Of a DNA stretch of 64,000 nucleotides, positions 25,380 through 34,390 are shown piece by piece. Source of the stretch: an uncultured Eubacteriales bacterium (GTDB lineage Bacteria > Acidobacteriota > Aminicenantia > Aminicenantales > Saccharicenantaceae); the NCBI GenBank assembly GCA_964523615.1, contig CAZFZU010000001.1:27063-91062 (forward strand), given 5' to 3'. How positions within the stretch are numbered: position 1 is the stretch's first letter; each line of letters starts with the position of its first letter. The position numbers and the translations under genes are program-made. The notes under the pieces are model-generated. The model was not told the DNA's origin. It worked only from the letters and a program-made list of their open reading frames with translations, and did no database searches.

Positions 25380-27749
25380 CTAGAGCTCCTGGTGCTCGGT
25401 CCGGTGGATGATCTCGTTCTGGAGCTCGGTCGAGCAGTCGACGAAGTAGTCGCTGTAGCCGGCCACGCGGACGATGAGGTCGCGGTACTTCTCGGGCTGG
25501 GCCTGGGCCGTCCGCAGGAGGTCGGCCGTGACGACGTTGAACTGGATGTGGTGGCCCATGAGCCGGAAGTAGCCGCGGACGAGGTCCTTGAGCCCGTTGA
25601 GCCCGGCCTCCCCGGCCAGGAGCTGGGGGGTGAACTTCTGGTTGAGGAGGGTGCCGCCCGTCCGGACGTGGTCCATCTTGCCGAGCGACTTGACGACCGC
25701 CGTCGGGCCTTTGCGGTCGGCGCCCTGGACGGGCGAGACGCCCTCGGACACGGCGTCGCCGGCCCGGCGGCCGTCGGCCGTAGCTCCGGTCATCTTGCCG
25801 AAGTAGATGTGGGCCGTGGTCGGCAGGAGGTTGATGCGGTAGGTGCCGCCCCGCGGCGTCGGCCGGCCGTCGACGGCCTCGAAGTAGGCCTCGAAGACCC
25901 GGGTCATCAGGGAGTCGGCGTAGTCGTCGTCGTTCCCGAACTTGGGCGTCCGGTTGAGGACGCGCTGGCGGAGGGCCGCGTGGCCCTCGAAATCGGCCGC
26001 CAGGGCCGCCCGCAGCTCGGCCATACTGAAATGCCCGTGGTCGTAGACGTTGTAGCGGATGGCGCTGAGGGTGTCGGTGATCGTGCCGACGCCGACGCCC
26101 TGGATGTAGTTCGTGTTGTAGCGGGCCCCGCCGGCGTGGTAGTCCCGGCCGGTCTTGACGCAGTCGTCGACCAGGACCGACAGGAAGGGGGCCGGCAGGT
26201 ACTTGGCGTAGAGGGCCTCGATGACGTTGGAGCCGCGGACCTTGATGTCGACGAAGTGCCGGATCTGCTTCCGGAAGGCCTCGAAGAGCTCGTCGAAGGA
26301 GGAGAACGCGTCCGGATCGCCGGTCTCGAGGCCGATGCGCTTGCCCGTCCGCGGGTCGACGCCGTTATGGAGAGCGATCTCGAAGACCTTGGGAAGGTTG
26401 AAGTAGCCGGTCAGGATGTAGGCCTCCTTGCCGAAGGCCCCGGCCTCGACGCAGCCGCTGGCCCCGCCGTTGCGGGCATCGACCACGGACTTGCCCTGGC
26501 GGACGAGCTCCTGGACGATGGCGTCGGTGTTGAAGATCGAGGGCTGGCCGAAGCCGGTCTTGACGATCTTGAGGGCCCGGAGCAGGAACGCGTCCGGCCC
26601 CTTGGCGCTGATCTGGACCATCGAGCTGGGCTGGAGGATGCGCATCTCCTCGATGACGTCGAGGATGAGGAACGACAGCTCGTTGACGCCGTCCGTGCCG
26701 TCCTCCTTGAGGCCGCCGACGTTGATGAGGGCGAAATCCGTATAGGTACCGCTCTCCTCGGCCGTGACGCCGACCTTGGGAGGCGCGGGCTGGTTGTTGA
26801 ACTTGACCCAGAAGGCCTGCAGGAGCTCGCGGGCCGACTCCTTGGTCAGGCTGCCGTCGGCCAGGCCCCGCTGGTAGAACGGCCAGAGGTGCTGGTCGAG
26901 CCGGCCCGGGTTGAAGGAGTCCCAGGTGTTGTACTCGGTGATGACGCCCAGGTGGACGAACCAGTACATCTGGAGGGCCTCCCAGAAGTCGCGGGGGGCC
27001 TCGGCGGGCACGCGGTCGCAGACCGCGGCGATCCGCTCGAGCTCGGCCCGGCGGGCCGGGTCCTGCTCCCCCGCCGCCAGCTCGCGGGCCTTGGCGGCGT
27101 GGCGCCGGCCGAAGGCGATCAGGGCGTCGCAGCTCGCGGACATGGCCTTGAGCTCCTCCTGCCTGTCGTAGGCGGCGGGGTCGGCCATGAAGTCGAGGGC
27201 GGCCAGGGCGGCTTCGATGTCCTTCTTGAAGCCGTTCATCCCTTTCCGGTAGATCTTGCCGTCGAGGACGGTGTGGCCCGGGGCCCGCTGCTCCATGAAC
27301 TCGGTGAAGACGCCGGCTTCGTAGGCGTCGAGCCATTCGCGGGTCATCTCGGCGAAGATCCGTTCCCGCTGGGAGCGGCCCTGCCAGAACGGGATGATCT
27401 CCTCGGCGTAGACGCGACGGGTCTCGGCGTCGGAGGCGAAGGCCGTCTTCTTGCGGTCGTCGAGGTACTGGAGGTCCTGCAGGGAATGGACGCAGACCTC
27501 GGGGTAGGTCGGCGTGGCCTTGGGGGCCGGGCCGCGCTCGCCGACGATGAGCTCGCCGTCGTTGAAGACGACGGTCTTCCCTTCCATGATGTGCTTGAAG
27601 GCCAGGGCCCGTTGCATCGGCGTCGACAAACCGGCCGTCGCGGGACGCTTGTAGAACTCGGTTAGGAGCCGGGCCCGTTCGGCGCTGATCGTCGGCTTGG
27701 CCTCGAGCGTCTGCGTCCTCAGCTTCTTGATGCGGTCGTTCATGGTCAT
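25380..27749 (-). CDS. Glycyl radical enzyme, PFL2 / glycerol-dehydratase-like (eliminase) clade
   Basis: About 789 aa. The C-terminal glycyl-radical motif is DLIVRVAGYSDYF. The thiyl loop is GASGCVEAG (Cys-x-Glu, not the Cys-Cys of pyruvate formate-lyase). An alternative start at 27743 has better spacing to GGAGG. Confidence 0.9.
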   Translation of the reverse strand: MTMNDRIKKLRTQTLEAKPTISAERARLLTEFYKRPATAGLSTPMQRALAFKHIMEGKTVVFNDGELIVGERGPAPKATPTYPEVCVHSLQDLQYLDDRKKTAFASDAETRRVYAEEIIPFWQGRSQRERIFAEMTREWLDAYEAGVFTEFMEQRAPGHTVLDGKIYRKGMNGFKKDIEAALAALDFMADPAAYDRQEELKAMSASCDALIAFGRRHAAKARELAAGEQDPARRAELERIAAVCDRVPAEAPRDFWEALQMYWFVHLGVITEYNTWDSFNPGRLDQHLWPFYQRGLADGSLTKESARELLQAFWVKFNNQPAPPKVGVTAEESGTYTDFALINVGGLKEDGTDGVNELSFLILDVIEEMRILQPSSMVQISAKGPDAFLLRALKIVKTGFGQPSIFNTDAIVQELVRQGKSVVDARNGGASGCVEAGAFGKEAYILTGYFNLPKVFEIALHNGVDPRTGKRIGLETGDPDAFSSFDELFEAFRKQIRHFVDIKVRGSNVIEALYAKYLPAPFLSVLVDDCVKTGRDYHAGGARYNTNYIQGVGVGTITDTLSAIRYNVYDHGHFSMAELRAALAADFEGHAALRQRVLNRTPKFGNDDDYADSLMTRVFEAYFEAVDGRPTPRGGTYRINLLPTTAHIYFGKMTGATADGRRAGDAVSEGVSPVQGADRKGPTAVVKSLGKMDHVRTGGTLLNQKFTPQLLAGEAGLNGLKDLVRGYFRLMGHHIQFNVVTADLLRTAQAQPEKYRDLIVRVAGYSDYFVDCSTELQNEIIHRTEHQEL

Positions 27750-28669
27750 CCTCCGATGCGGACATCGAAACCGGCCTCCCGGAAGGCCGCGGCGACGGCC
27801 GCCACGCGCTCCTCCCCGGGGGCCTCGAAGGCCCGGAAATCCCGTTCCCGGCCGATCCGGCGGGCCTTCTCCATGCCGCCGGCGTGATAGGGCAGCAGCC
27901 CGACCCGCTCGACCTTCCCCAGCGACCTGAGGAAGTCGATCGTGCGCCGGACGTTGCCGTCGTCGTCGTTGACGCCGGGGACCAGCGGAACGCGGACCCA
28001 GACCTCTGTCCTGCGCGCGACGAGCCGGCTGAGGTTCTCGAGGAGGGGCCCGTTCGGGGCGCCCGTCGTCTCGCGGTGCCGGGCGTCGTCCATGACCTTG
28101 AGGTCGTAGAGGACGAGGTCGGCTCTCGCGGCCAGCCGGTCGAGGACGCCGGGGGCGGCCATCCCCGCCGTATCGATGGCCGTCCGCAGGCCGCGGGCCC
28201 GGCAGGCGTCGAGGACGGCCTCGGCGAAATCCGATTGGACGAAGGGATCTCCGCCCGAAAGGGTCACGCCGCCGCCCGACTGCTCGTAGAAGATACGGTC
28301 CCTCTCGACCTCGGCCACGACCTCGTCGACGGTCATCTCCCGGCCGACGATCTGCATGGCGTCGTAGAGACAGGCCTCGGCGCACTTGCCACAGGCGTCG
28401 CATTTGGCCCGGTCGACGGAAACGGCCCCGTCGCCGTTCTTAGCGATGGCCCCGGGGGGACAGGCGGCGACGCAGGCGTAGCAGCGGCGGCAGCGGGCCG
28501 GCCAATGCATGAGCTCGGGCCCGGGATCGACGCTTTCGGGATTGTGGCACCACAGGCAGCGCAGGGCGCAGCCTTTGAGGAAGACGGTCGTCCGGATGCC
28601 CGGTCCGTCGTGGATCGAGTAGCGCTTGATGTCGAAAACGCGTCCCTTCAAGTCGCTCACTTTTTTCAA
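27746..28669 (-). CDS. Glycyl-radical enzyme activating enzyme (radical SAM with ferredoxin-like insert)
   Basis: CALRCLWCHNPE is the CxxxCxxC motif. Extra clusters are CRRCYACVAACP and CDACGKCAEAC. The GGGVTLSGGDP SAM motif is present. Confidence 0.9.
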   Translation of the reverse strand: MKKVSDLKGRVFDIKRYSIHDGPGIRTTVFLKGCALRCLWCHNPESVDPGPELMHWPARCRRCYACVAACPPGAIAKNGDGAVSVDRAKCDACGKCAEACLYDAMQIVGREMTVDEVVAEVERDRIFYEQSGGGVTLSGGDPFVQSDFAEAVLDACRARGLRTAIDTAGMAAPGVLDRLAARADLVLYDLKVMDDARHRETTGAPNGPLLENLSRLVARRTEVWVRVPLVPGVNDDDGNVRRTIDFLRSLGKVERVGLLPYHAGGMEKARRIGRERDFRAFEAPGEERVAAVAAAFREAGFDVRIGG

Positions 28670-28710
28670 TCTCTCGGCATAAGGGGTTCTACCCCCGGTT
28701 TAGTCGTAAT

Positions 28711-28783
28711 ATATCAGATATCAGGGCGGCTCGCAAGCGATATTTTTGACCTTTTCCCTACCTTTTTCCCCTGATATGTTATA
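28711..28783. promoter_or_regulatory. Divergent promoter region with three copies of ATATCAG / CTGATAT
   Basis: Tandem ATATCAG ATATCAG GG lies at 28711-28726. The inverted copy CCCTGATAT lies at 28769-28777. The sites sit between the activase start (28669) and the sugar porter start (28805), in a locally AT-rich region. Confidence 0.4.
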
Positions 28784-28804
28784 AAAAGACCCTCTGGAGC
28801 CGCC

Positions 28805-30208
28805 ATGACCGCCGCCCATCCTTATAACATGCGCTTCGTCTGGGCGACCACCCTGGTCTCGGCCATGGGCGGGCTCCTCTTCGGCTATGACTGGGTCGTC
28901 ATCGGCGGGGCCAAGCCCTTCTACGAGAAGTTCTTCGGCCTGACCACGCCGTCGGAGATCGGCTGGGCCATGTCGAGCGCCCTGGCCGGCTGCATCGTCG
29001 GCGCGCTCGTCTCGGGCGCCCTGTCGGACCGCTTCGGGCGCAAGCGCCTGCTCATCCTGGCCGGCTTCTTCTTCACCGTCTCGGCCGTCTGGACGGCCCT
29101 GGCCTCGGATTTCACCCTGTTCGTCGTCTTCCGCCTGGTCGGCGGCGTCGGCATCGGCCTGGCCTCCAACCTCTCGCCCATGTACATCGCCGAGATCGCG
29201 CCGGCCGAGATCAGGGGCAAGCTCGTCTCGGTCAACCAGCTGACCATCGTCATCGGCATCCTGGCCGCCCAGATCGTCAACTGGCTCATCGCCCGGCCGG
29301 TGCCGGCAGGGGCCACGGCGGCCGACATCCTGGCCTCCTGGAACGGCCAGACCGGCTGGCGCTGGATGTTCGGCGCCGAGACCGTCCCGGCCCTGCTCTT
29401 CTTCTTCCTGATGTTCCTCGTTCCCGAGAGCCCGCGCTGGTTGGCCAAGAACGGACGGCCGGAGCGGGCCGCCAAGGTCCTCGAGCGCGTCGGCGGCCGC
29501 GACTTCGCGGCCCGGGCCATGGACGAGATCCGGGCCACGCTGGCGGGCGAAGAGGCCGGACGGGTCCGCTTCCGCGAGCTCCTCGGGCCCGGCCTGCGCC
29601 GGGTCCTTCTCGTCGGCGTCGTCCTGGCCGTCTATCAGCAGTGGTGCGGCATCAACGTCATCTTCAACTACGCCCAGGAGATCTTCACGGCCGCCGGCTA
29701 CGGCGTCAGCGACGTCCTGTTCAACATCGTCGTCACCGGGACCGTCAACCTCGTCTTCACCTTGGTCGCCATCCGCCTCGTCGACCGGACCGGGAGGCGG
29801 CCGCTCATGCTGGCCGGGTCGGCCGGGCTGGCCGTCGTCTTCGGTCTCATCGGCGCGGCTTACGCCATGCGCCTCCGCGGCGTTCCCATCCTGCTCCTCG
29901 TCCTCGTCGCCCTGGCCCTCTACGCCCTGTCGCTCGCGCCGGTGACCTGGGTCCTGCTGTCCGAGATCTTCCCCAACCGCATCCGCGGCGCGGCCATGTC
30001 GGTCTCGACCTTCGCCCTCTGGGCGGCCTGCTTCGCCCTCACCTACACCTTCCCCCACCTCAACGCCGGGCTGGGGCCGGCCGGCACCTTCGGCCTCTAC
30101 GCCGGCATCAGCGCCCTGGGCTTCCTCTTCATCCGATCGCGCGTCCGCGAGACCAAGGGCAAGACCCTGGAGCGGATCGAGCGGGAGCTCGGCGGGGGCG
30201 GGGCGTGA
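28805..30208 (+). CDS. MFS sugar porter (XylE/GalP-like sugar:H+ symporter)
   Basis: 467 aa with signatures GRKRLL, PESPRWL and VRETKGKTLE. Hydrophobicity suggests 12 TM segments. Confidence 0.9.
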   Translation: MTAAHPYNMRFVWATTLVSAMGGLLFGYDWVVIGGAKPFYEKFFGLTTPSEIGWAMSSALAGCIVGALVSGALSDRFGRKRLLILAGFFFTVSAVWTALASDFTLFVVFRLVGGVGIGLASNLSPMYIAEIAPAEIRGKLVSVNQLTIVIGILAAQIVNWLIARPVPAGATAADILASWNGQTGWRWMFGAETVPALLFFFLMFLVPESPRWLAKNGRPERAAKVLERVGGRDFAARAMDEIRATLAGEEAGRVRFRELLGPGLRRVLLVGVVLAVYQQWCGINVIFNYAQEIFTAAGYGVSDVLFNIVVTGTVNLVFTLVAIRLVDRTGRRPLMLAGSAGLAVVFGLIGAAYAMRLRGVPILLLVLVALALYALSLAPVTWVLLSEIFPNRIRGAAMSVSTFALWAACFALTYTFPHLNAGLGPAGTFGLYAGISALGFLFIRSRVRETKGKTLERIERELGGGGA

Positions 30209-30215
30209 GCCGGCG

Positions 30216-31016
30216 ATGAACGGGAACGCCGGTCCCCTGACGCCGGACCCGGGAGCGGCCGCGGGACCGGGCCGGACGGACGGGGCCGTCCGGCGGCTCT
30301 ACCGCGAGGAGCGGGAAGCCTGGCGCCGGACCTACCGGCGCTACTTCAAGCGCGCCGCCCGGGCCCTCGGGCTGGGCTTCGTCGGGGGTTTCGCCTTCTT
30401 CTCGCTCTGGCCGGCCCAGGAGCAGAAAGCGCTCGAGCTCGTCGTCCAGGCCCTCAAGGACATCCCCATCGGCGGCTCGGCCGCCGTGCTTGCCCTGACG
30501 CTCCTCTATCACAACGCCCGGGCCTCGGTCATCGCCGTCGCCGTCGGGGCGGTCCCCTTCCTGTCGCTGTCCATCTTCGACCCGCTCCTCAACGGCGGGG
30601 TCCTGGGCCTGCTGGCCTCCGTTTCCAAGCACAACGGGCTCGACGTCCCCCGCTTGTTCCTGACCCAGATCCTGCCCCACGGCGTCTTCGAGCTCACGGC
30701 CGTCTGCTACGCGACGGCAGTCGGCCTCCATCTCTCGGCGGGGACGGGCCGGAAGGTGGCGGCCGCTTGGCGGGCCCGCCGGGCCCGGAAAACGGGACGG
30801 GAGGAGGATCCGGCGCTCATACCGGCCTCCGCGGGGACGGAAGCCCCGATCGAAGCGGCTACGGCGGGACTGCCGCGGCCGGCCGGAACCGCGCCCTGCG
30901 GACTGTGCGAGCCCGGGCTCGTCCGCGACGCCGTCCGCTCGTTCGTCCTGGTCGTCCTGCCGCTCCTCGTCGTGGCCGCCTTCATCGAGGGCTTCATCAC
31001 GCCTCGCTTGCGCTGA
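30216..31016 (+). CDS. SpoIIM-like (DUF95) integral membrane protein
   Basis: ILPHGVFELTAVCYA is the hallmark of the stage II sporulation protein M / DUF95 family. The protein has several TM segments. Confidence 0.6.
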   Translation: MNGNAGPLTPDPGAAAGPGRTDGAVRRLYREEREAWRRTYRRYFKRAARALGLGFVGGFAFFSLWPAQEQKALELVVQALKDIPIGGSAAVLALTLLYHNARASVIAVAVGAVPFLSLSIFDPLLNGGVLGLLASVSKHNGLDVPRLFLTQILPHGVFELTAVCYATAVGLHLSAGTGRKVAAAWRARRARKTGREEDPALIPASAGTEAPIEAATAGLPRPAGTAPCGLCEPGLVRDAVRSFVLVVLPLLVVAAFIEGFITPRLR

Positions 31017-31028
31017 ACGGAGGACGAC

Positions 31029-31397
31029 ATGAAATTCACCTTCGCCCACAACAACATCAATGTCTTCCACCTCCAGAAGAGCCTGATCTTCTACAAGTCC
31101 GCCCTCGGGCTCGAGGAGGTCCGCCGGCACGAGGCCGCGGACGGCAGTTTCGTCCTGGTCTACCTCGGCGACGGCAAGACCCCTCACCGGCTCGAGCTGA
31201 CCTGTCTCCACGACCGCAAGGAGCCCTACGACCTGGGCGACAACGAGAGCCACCTGGCCTTCACGGTCGACGACTATCGGGCCGCCCACGCCCTCCACGA
31301 GGAGATGGGGGTCATCTGCTACGAGAACCCGGGGATGGGTATCTATTTCATCGAGGACCCGGACGGGTACTGGCTGGAGATCGTGCCCGCTAAATAA
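31029..31397 (+). CDS. VOC family protein / lactoylglutathione lyase-like (glyoxalase I)
   Basis: 122 aa. The protein begins FAHNNINV, with ...HRLELT...ESHLAF... and ends ...FIEDPDGYWLEIV. Confidence 0.8.
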   Translation: MKFTFAHNNINVFHLQKSLIFYKSALGLEEVRRHEAADGSFVLVYLGDGKTPHRLELTCLHDRKEPYDLGDNESHLAFTVDDYRAAHALHEEMGVICYENPGMGIYFIEDPDGYWLEIVPAK

Positions 31398-31398
31398 T

Positions 31399-31466
31399 GG
31401 GGCCGTTTCTATTTATTTTATTCATCCAATTTTCATCAAATGAATAAAACAAATAGAAACGGCCCC
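31399..31466. terminator. Bidirectional terminator: 27-bp AT-rich stem between convergent genes
   Basis: GGGGCCGTTTCTATTTATTTTATTCAT ... ATGAATAAAACAAATAGAAACGGCCCC has one mismatch. It is flanked by T-runs on both strands and fills the gap between the stops at 31397 and 31472. Confidence 0.75.
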
Positions 31467-31471
31467 GTTTT

Positions 31472-32635
31472 CTATTTGAACCTGTAGAGCGAGATCGAGC
31501 GGAAGGTCTCGCCGGGCCGCAACACCGTCGAGGGGAAGTTCGGGTGGTTCGGCGAATCCGGGAAGTGCTGGGTCTCGAGGCAGAAGGCGTAGTGTTTCTG
31601 ATAGGCTTTGCCGCCCTTGCCGACGACCGAGCCGTCGAGGAAGTTGCCCGTGTAGAGCTGGATGGCCGGCTGGTCCGTCCAAACTTCCATGACGCGGCCG
31701 CTCACCGGCTCCTCGACGCGCGCCGCCAGGGCCAGCGTGCCGCCGCCGCTCCTGAGGACAAAATTGTGGTCGTAGCCGCCCTCGACCAGGGCGATCCTCT
31801 CGCCGATCGCGTGGGGGGCGGTGAAATCGAACGGCGTCCCGGCCACGGGCGCGATCTCGCCGGTCGGGATGAGGTTGACCGGAGAATCGACGGCGGTGAT
31901 CCTGTCGGCCTCGATCCGGAGGACGTGCCCCAGGATATCGCCGCGGCCCTCGCCCTTGAGGTTCCAGTAGGCGTGGTTGGTCAGGTTGAGGACGGTGGGC
32001 TTGTCCGTCGTCGCCTCGTAGCGGATCTCGAGCTCGTCGGCCTCCATCAGGGTGTAGACGACCGTGACCGCCAGGTTCCCCGGATAGCCCTCCTCGCCGT
32101 CTTTGCTGAGGTAGGTCAGCTTGAGGCCGGCGCCCTTCTCGCCGCGGACGGGTTCGGCCGTCCAGACGACCTTGTCGAAGCCCTTGAGCCCGCCGTGGAG
32201 CGTGTTCTCGTTGTTGTTGACGGCCAGGCGGTATTCGGCGCCGTCCAAGGTGAACCGGGCCTTGGCGATGCGGTTGCCGTAGCGGCCGATGATGGCCCCG
32301 AAATAGGGATGGGTGCCTAAATACCCCTCGAGCGAATCGAAGCCGAGGTTGACGTCGGCCAGGGCGCCGGCGCGGTCCGGGGTCTTGAGCGAGACCAGGA
32401 TGGCCCCGTAGGTCATGATACGGGCCTCCAGGCCGGCCTTGTTGGTCAGGGTGTAGATATCGACGGCCGTGCCGTCGGGCAGCCGGCCGAAGAGCTCTTT
32501 GCGGACGTCCATCGTCGGGCCTCCTTCGCCGGCGGCCGCCGCCCGGGGCGTCTCGGTCCCGTTCTTGCAGCCCGGGATGAGACAAGCCAGGGCCAGGAGG
32601 GCCGCCAGGATCGTTCTTTTCGCGCGCTCGGTCAT
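31472..32635 (-). CDS. galM: Aldose 1-epimerase (galactose mutarotase), lipoprotein-type signal
   Basis: 387 aa with GRYGNRIA, NENTLHGG, TNHAYWNL and the CLETQHFPDSPN block. The N-terminus contains LALACLIPGC. Confidence 0.9.
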   Translation of the reverse strand: MTERAKRTILAALLALACLIPGCKNGTETPRAAAAGEGGPTMDVRKELFGRLPDGTAVDIYTLTNKAGLEARIMTYGAILVSLKTPDRAGALADVNLGFDSLEGYLGTHPYFGAIIGRYGNRIAKARFTLDGAEYRLAVNNNENTLHGGLKGFDKVVWTAEPVRGEKGAGLKLTYLSKDGEEGYPGNLAVTVVYTLMEADELEIRYEATTDKPTVLNLTNHAYWNLKGEGRGDILGHVLRIEADRITAVDSPVNLIPTGEIAPVAGTPFDFTAPHAIGERIALVEGGYDHNFVLRSGGGTLALAARVEEPVSGRVMEVWTDQPAIQLYTGNFLDGSVVGKGGKAYQKHYAFCLETQHFPDSPNHPNFPSTVLRPGETFRSISLYRFK

Positions 32636-32730
32636 GATCGCCTCCGCGGGTCAGGGGAGCTGAATCCTTTATTTATATTAAAGACAGGGCCATTTCAACT
32701 CTCTCTCCACTCCCGGCAGGCGGATTGGCT

Positions 32731-32855
32731 GGGACACGATGCGGGAAGATCGGGGACACGTTGCGGGAAAATGGGGACACGATCCCTTTTCAGGAGAAAA
32801 GGGTCATGTCCCTATTTTCCCTCTGTCCCCATTTTCCCTCTGTCCCCGATTTCGC
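32731..32855. repeat. Composite palindrome built from three direct repeats per arm (GGGACACGnTGCGGGAAnAT / inverted ATTTTCCCTCTGTCCCC)
   Basis: Left-arm repeats lie at 32731-52, 32753-73 and 32774-90. The centre is caggag. Inverted repeats lie at 32797-812, 32813-30 and 32831-47. It shares the AAAATGGGGACA(C/T)GAT core with the palindromes at 1130 and 3933. Confidence 0.8.
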
Positions 32856-32974
32856 ACCCCCGCCCGCCCTGAAGCGGGCCGGCTTCGCTAGCCCGCTTCC
32901 CTCCGCCGGGCTATGCCCGGCGGCGGAACGATTGACCCCCGCTTCTACGTATGGTAATCCTAAGGCGTATTACT

Positions 32975-34390
32975 ATGGCCGAACTCGTCGGAACGACCCT
33001 CAAGCACTACTTTGTCGAGACCCAGCTCGGCAAGGGCGGCATGGGCGTCGTCTACCGGGCCCGGGACACCCGCCTGGACCGCCCGGTGGCCCTCAAGACG
33101 ATCTCGCCCGGCCTGGTGGCCGACCCCGAGCGCCGGGCCCGCCTGATGATCGAGGCCCGGGCCGCGGCCGCCGTCTCCCACCCGGCCATCGCCCAGGTCT
33201 ACGACATCGACGAGGTCGACGGCCTCCTGTTCATCGCCTTGGAGTACGTCGACGGGCGGACGGTCACCAAGCTCGTGGCCGACGGCGAGCTCGACCTCCT
33301 GGGAGCCATCGAGATCGTCCTCCAGGTCGCCGAAGGCCTGGCCAAGGCCCACGACGCCGGCATCCTCCACCGCGACATCAAGTCCGACAACATCATGGTC
33401 ACCAGGGACGGCCACGCCAAGCTCCTCGATTTCGGCCTGGCCAAGCTCGTCGAGCCCGGTTCGGACGCCCCCGCCGGCCCCTCGGCCCCCCTCGGCATGT
33501 CCCGGACTCTGACCCAGGGCCGAGTCCAGACCATTCCCGGGGCGGTCATGGGCACGATCAATTATATGAGCCCGGAGCAGGCCCGCGGCAAGGAGCTCGA
33601 CCGGCGCAGCGATATCTTCTCCCTGGGCACGGTCCTCTACGAGATGGTCACCTCGGAGCTGCCGTTCAAGGGCGAGACCCCCCTCGACACCATGCACGCC
33701 ATCGCCTACGAAGAGGCCCGGCCGGTGACCATCGTCCGCCGCAACCTGACCCCCGAGCTCCACCGCATCGTCTTCCGCTGCCTGCGCAAGAACCCCGACG
33801 ACCGCTATCCCGACGCCCACGCCCTGGCCGCGGACCTGCGGCGCCTCAAACAGGACCTCGAATCGGGCACCCGGACCCGTCTCCCCATCGTCGACCGCGT
33901 CCGCAACTGGGGCGTCGGCCTGCGGACCTCGTTCCCGGGCGGGTACAAGGGCATGGCCATCCTGTTCGCGGCCGTCGCCCTGGCCGCGGTGCTCGTGGCC
34001 GTCAATTTCGACTGGGGAGGGCTCATCGGCCCGGCCTTCATCGGCCTGTTCCTGTACCGCTACGTCCGCAACCGCAAGAAACGGCTCATCGCGGCTTTCG
34101 CCAAGAAGGTGGGTCGGTTCCCGGAGGTCCGCCTGGTCACGGCCAGGGACGACCGTATCCTGGTCGTCGTGGACAAGGCCCCGGCCAAGGTCTACCTGCG
34201 CATCACGGCCCTGGTCGACGACCTCAATCGGGCCCTCTTCGTCGGCAAGGACGTCAAGGCCGAGGTCCGCTCGGAGGTCGCCGAGGAAGAAGCCCGGACC
34301 CTGTTGACCCAGGTGGGCGTCATCTACGCCCGCGAGGACAAGGCCGCGCCTACTTCCGCATCTTCTCGACCGCGGCGATCGTCGCCCTGA
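32975..34390 (+). CDS. Ser/Thr protein kinase with C-terminal membrane anchor and a small extra domain
   Basis: GKGGMGVVYRA, VALK, HRDIKSDNIMV, DFGLAK and SPEQ are present. Two hydrophobic segments follow the kinase domain. The start is taken at MAELVG (32975). Confidence 0.9.
   Translation: MAELVGTTLKHYFVETQLGKGGMGVVYRARDTRLDRPVALKTISPGLVADPERRARLMIEARAAAAVSHPAIAQVYDIDEVDGLLFIALEYVDGRTVTKLVADGELDLLGAIEIVLQVAEGLAKAHDAGILHRDIKSDNIMVTRDGHAKLLDFGLAKLVEPGSDAPAGPSAPLGMSRTLTQGRVQTIPGAVMGTINYMSPEQARGKELDRRSDIFSLGTVLYEMVTSELPFKGETPLDTMHAIAYEEARPVTIVRRNLTPELHRIVFRCLRKNPDDRYPDAHALAADLRRLKQDLESGTRTRLPIVDRVRNWGVGLRTSFPGGYKGMAILFAAVALAAVLVAVNFDWGGLIGPAFIGLFLYRYVRNRKKRLIAAFAKKVGRFPEVRLVTARDDRILVVVDKAPAKVYLRITALVDDLNRALFVGKDVKAEVRSEVAEEEARTLLTQVGVIYAREDKAAPTSASSRPRRSSP

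Noticed and set aside
25380-27749. Pyruvate formate-lyase feeding formate to the downstream hydrogenase (a classical PFL-FHL pairing).
   Set aside because: The thiyl loop is G-C-V-E (single Cys plus Glu), which characterises the dehydratase/lyase clade. It is not the adjacent Cys-Cys of PFL. The overall N-terminal sequence also follows the PFL2 / glycerol-dehydratase pattern.
32731-32855. A CRISPR-like array, suggested by the repeated GGGACACG... units.
   Set aside because: The repeats are contiguous with no spacers. There are only three per arm, and the second half is the inverted complement of the first. No cas genes are present. This is a composite palindrome, not a CRISPR.
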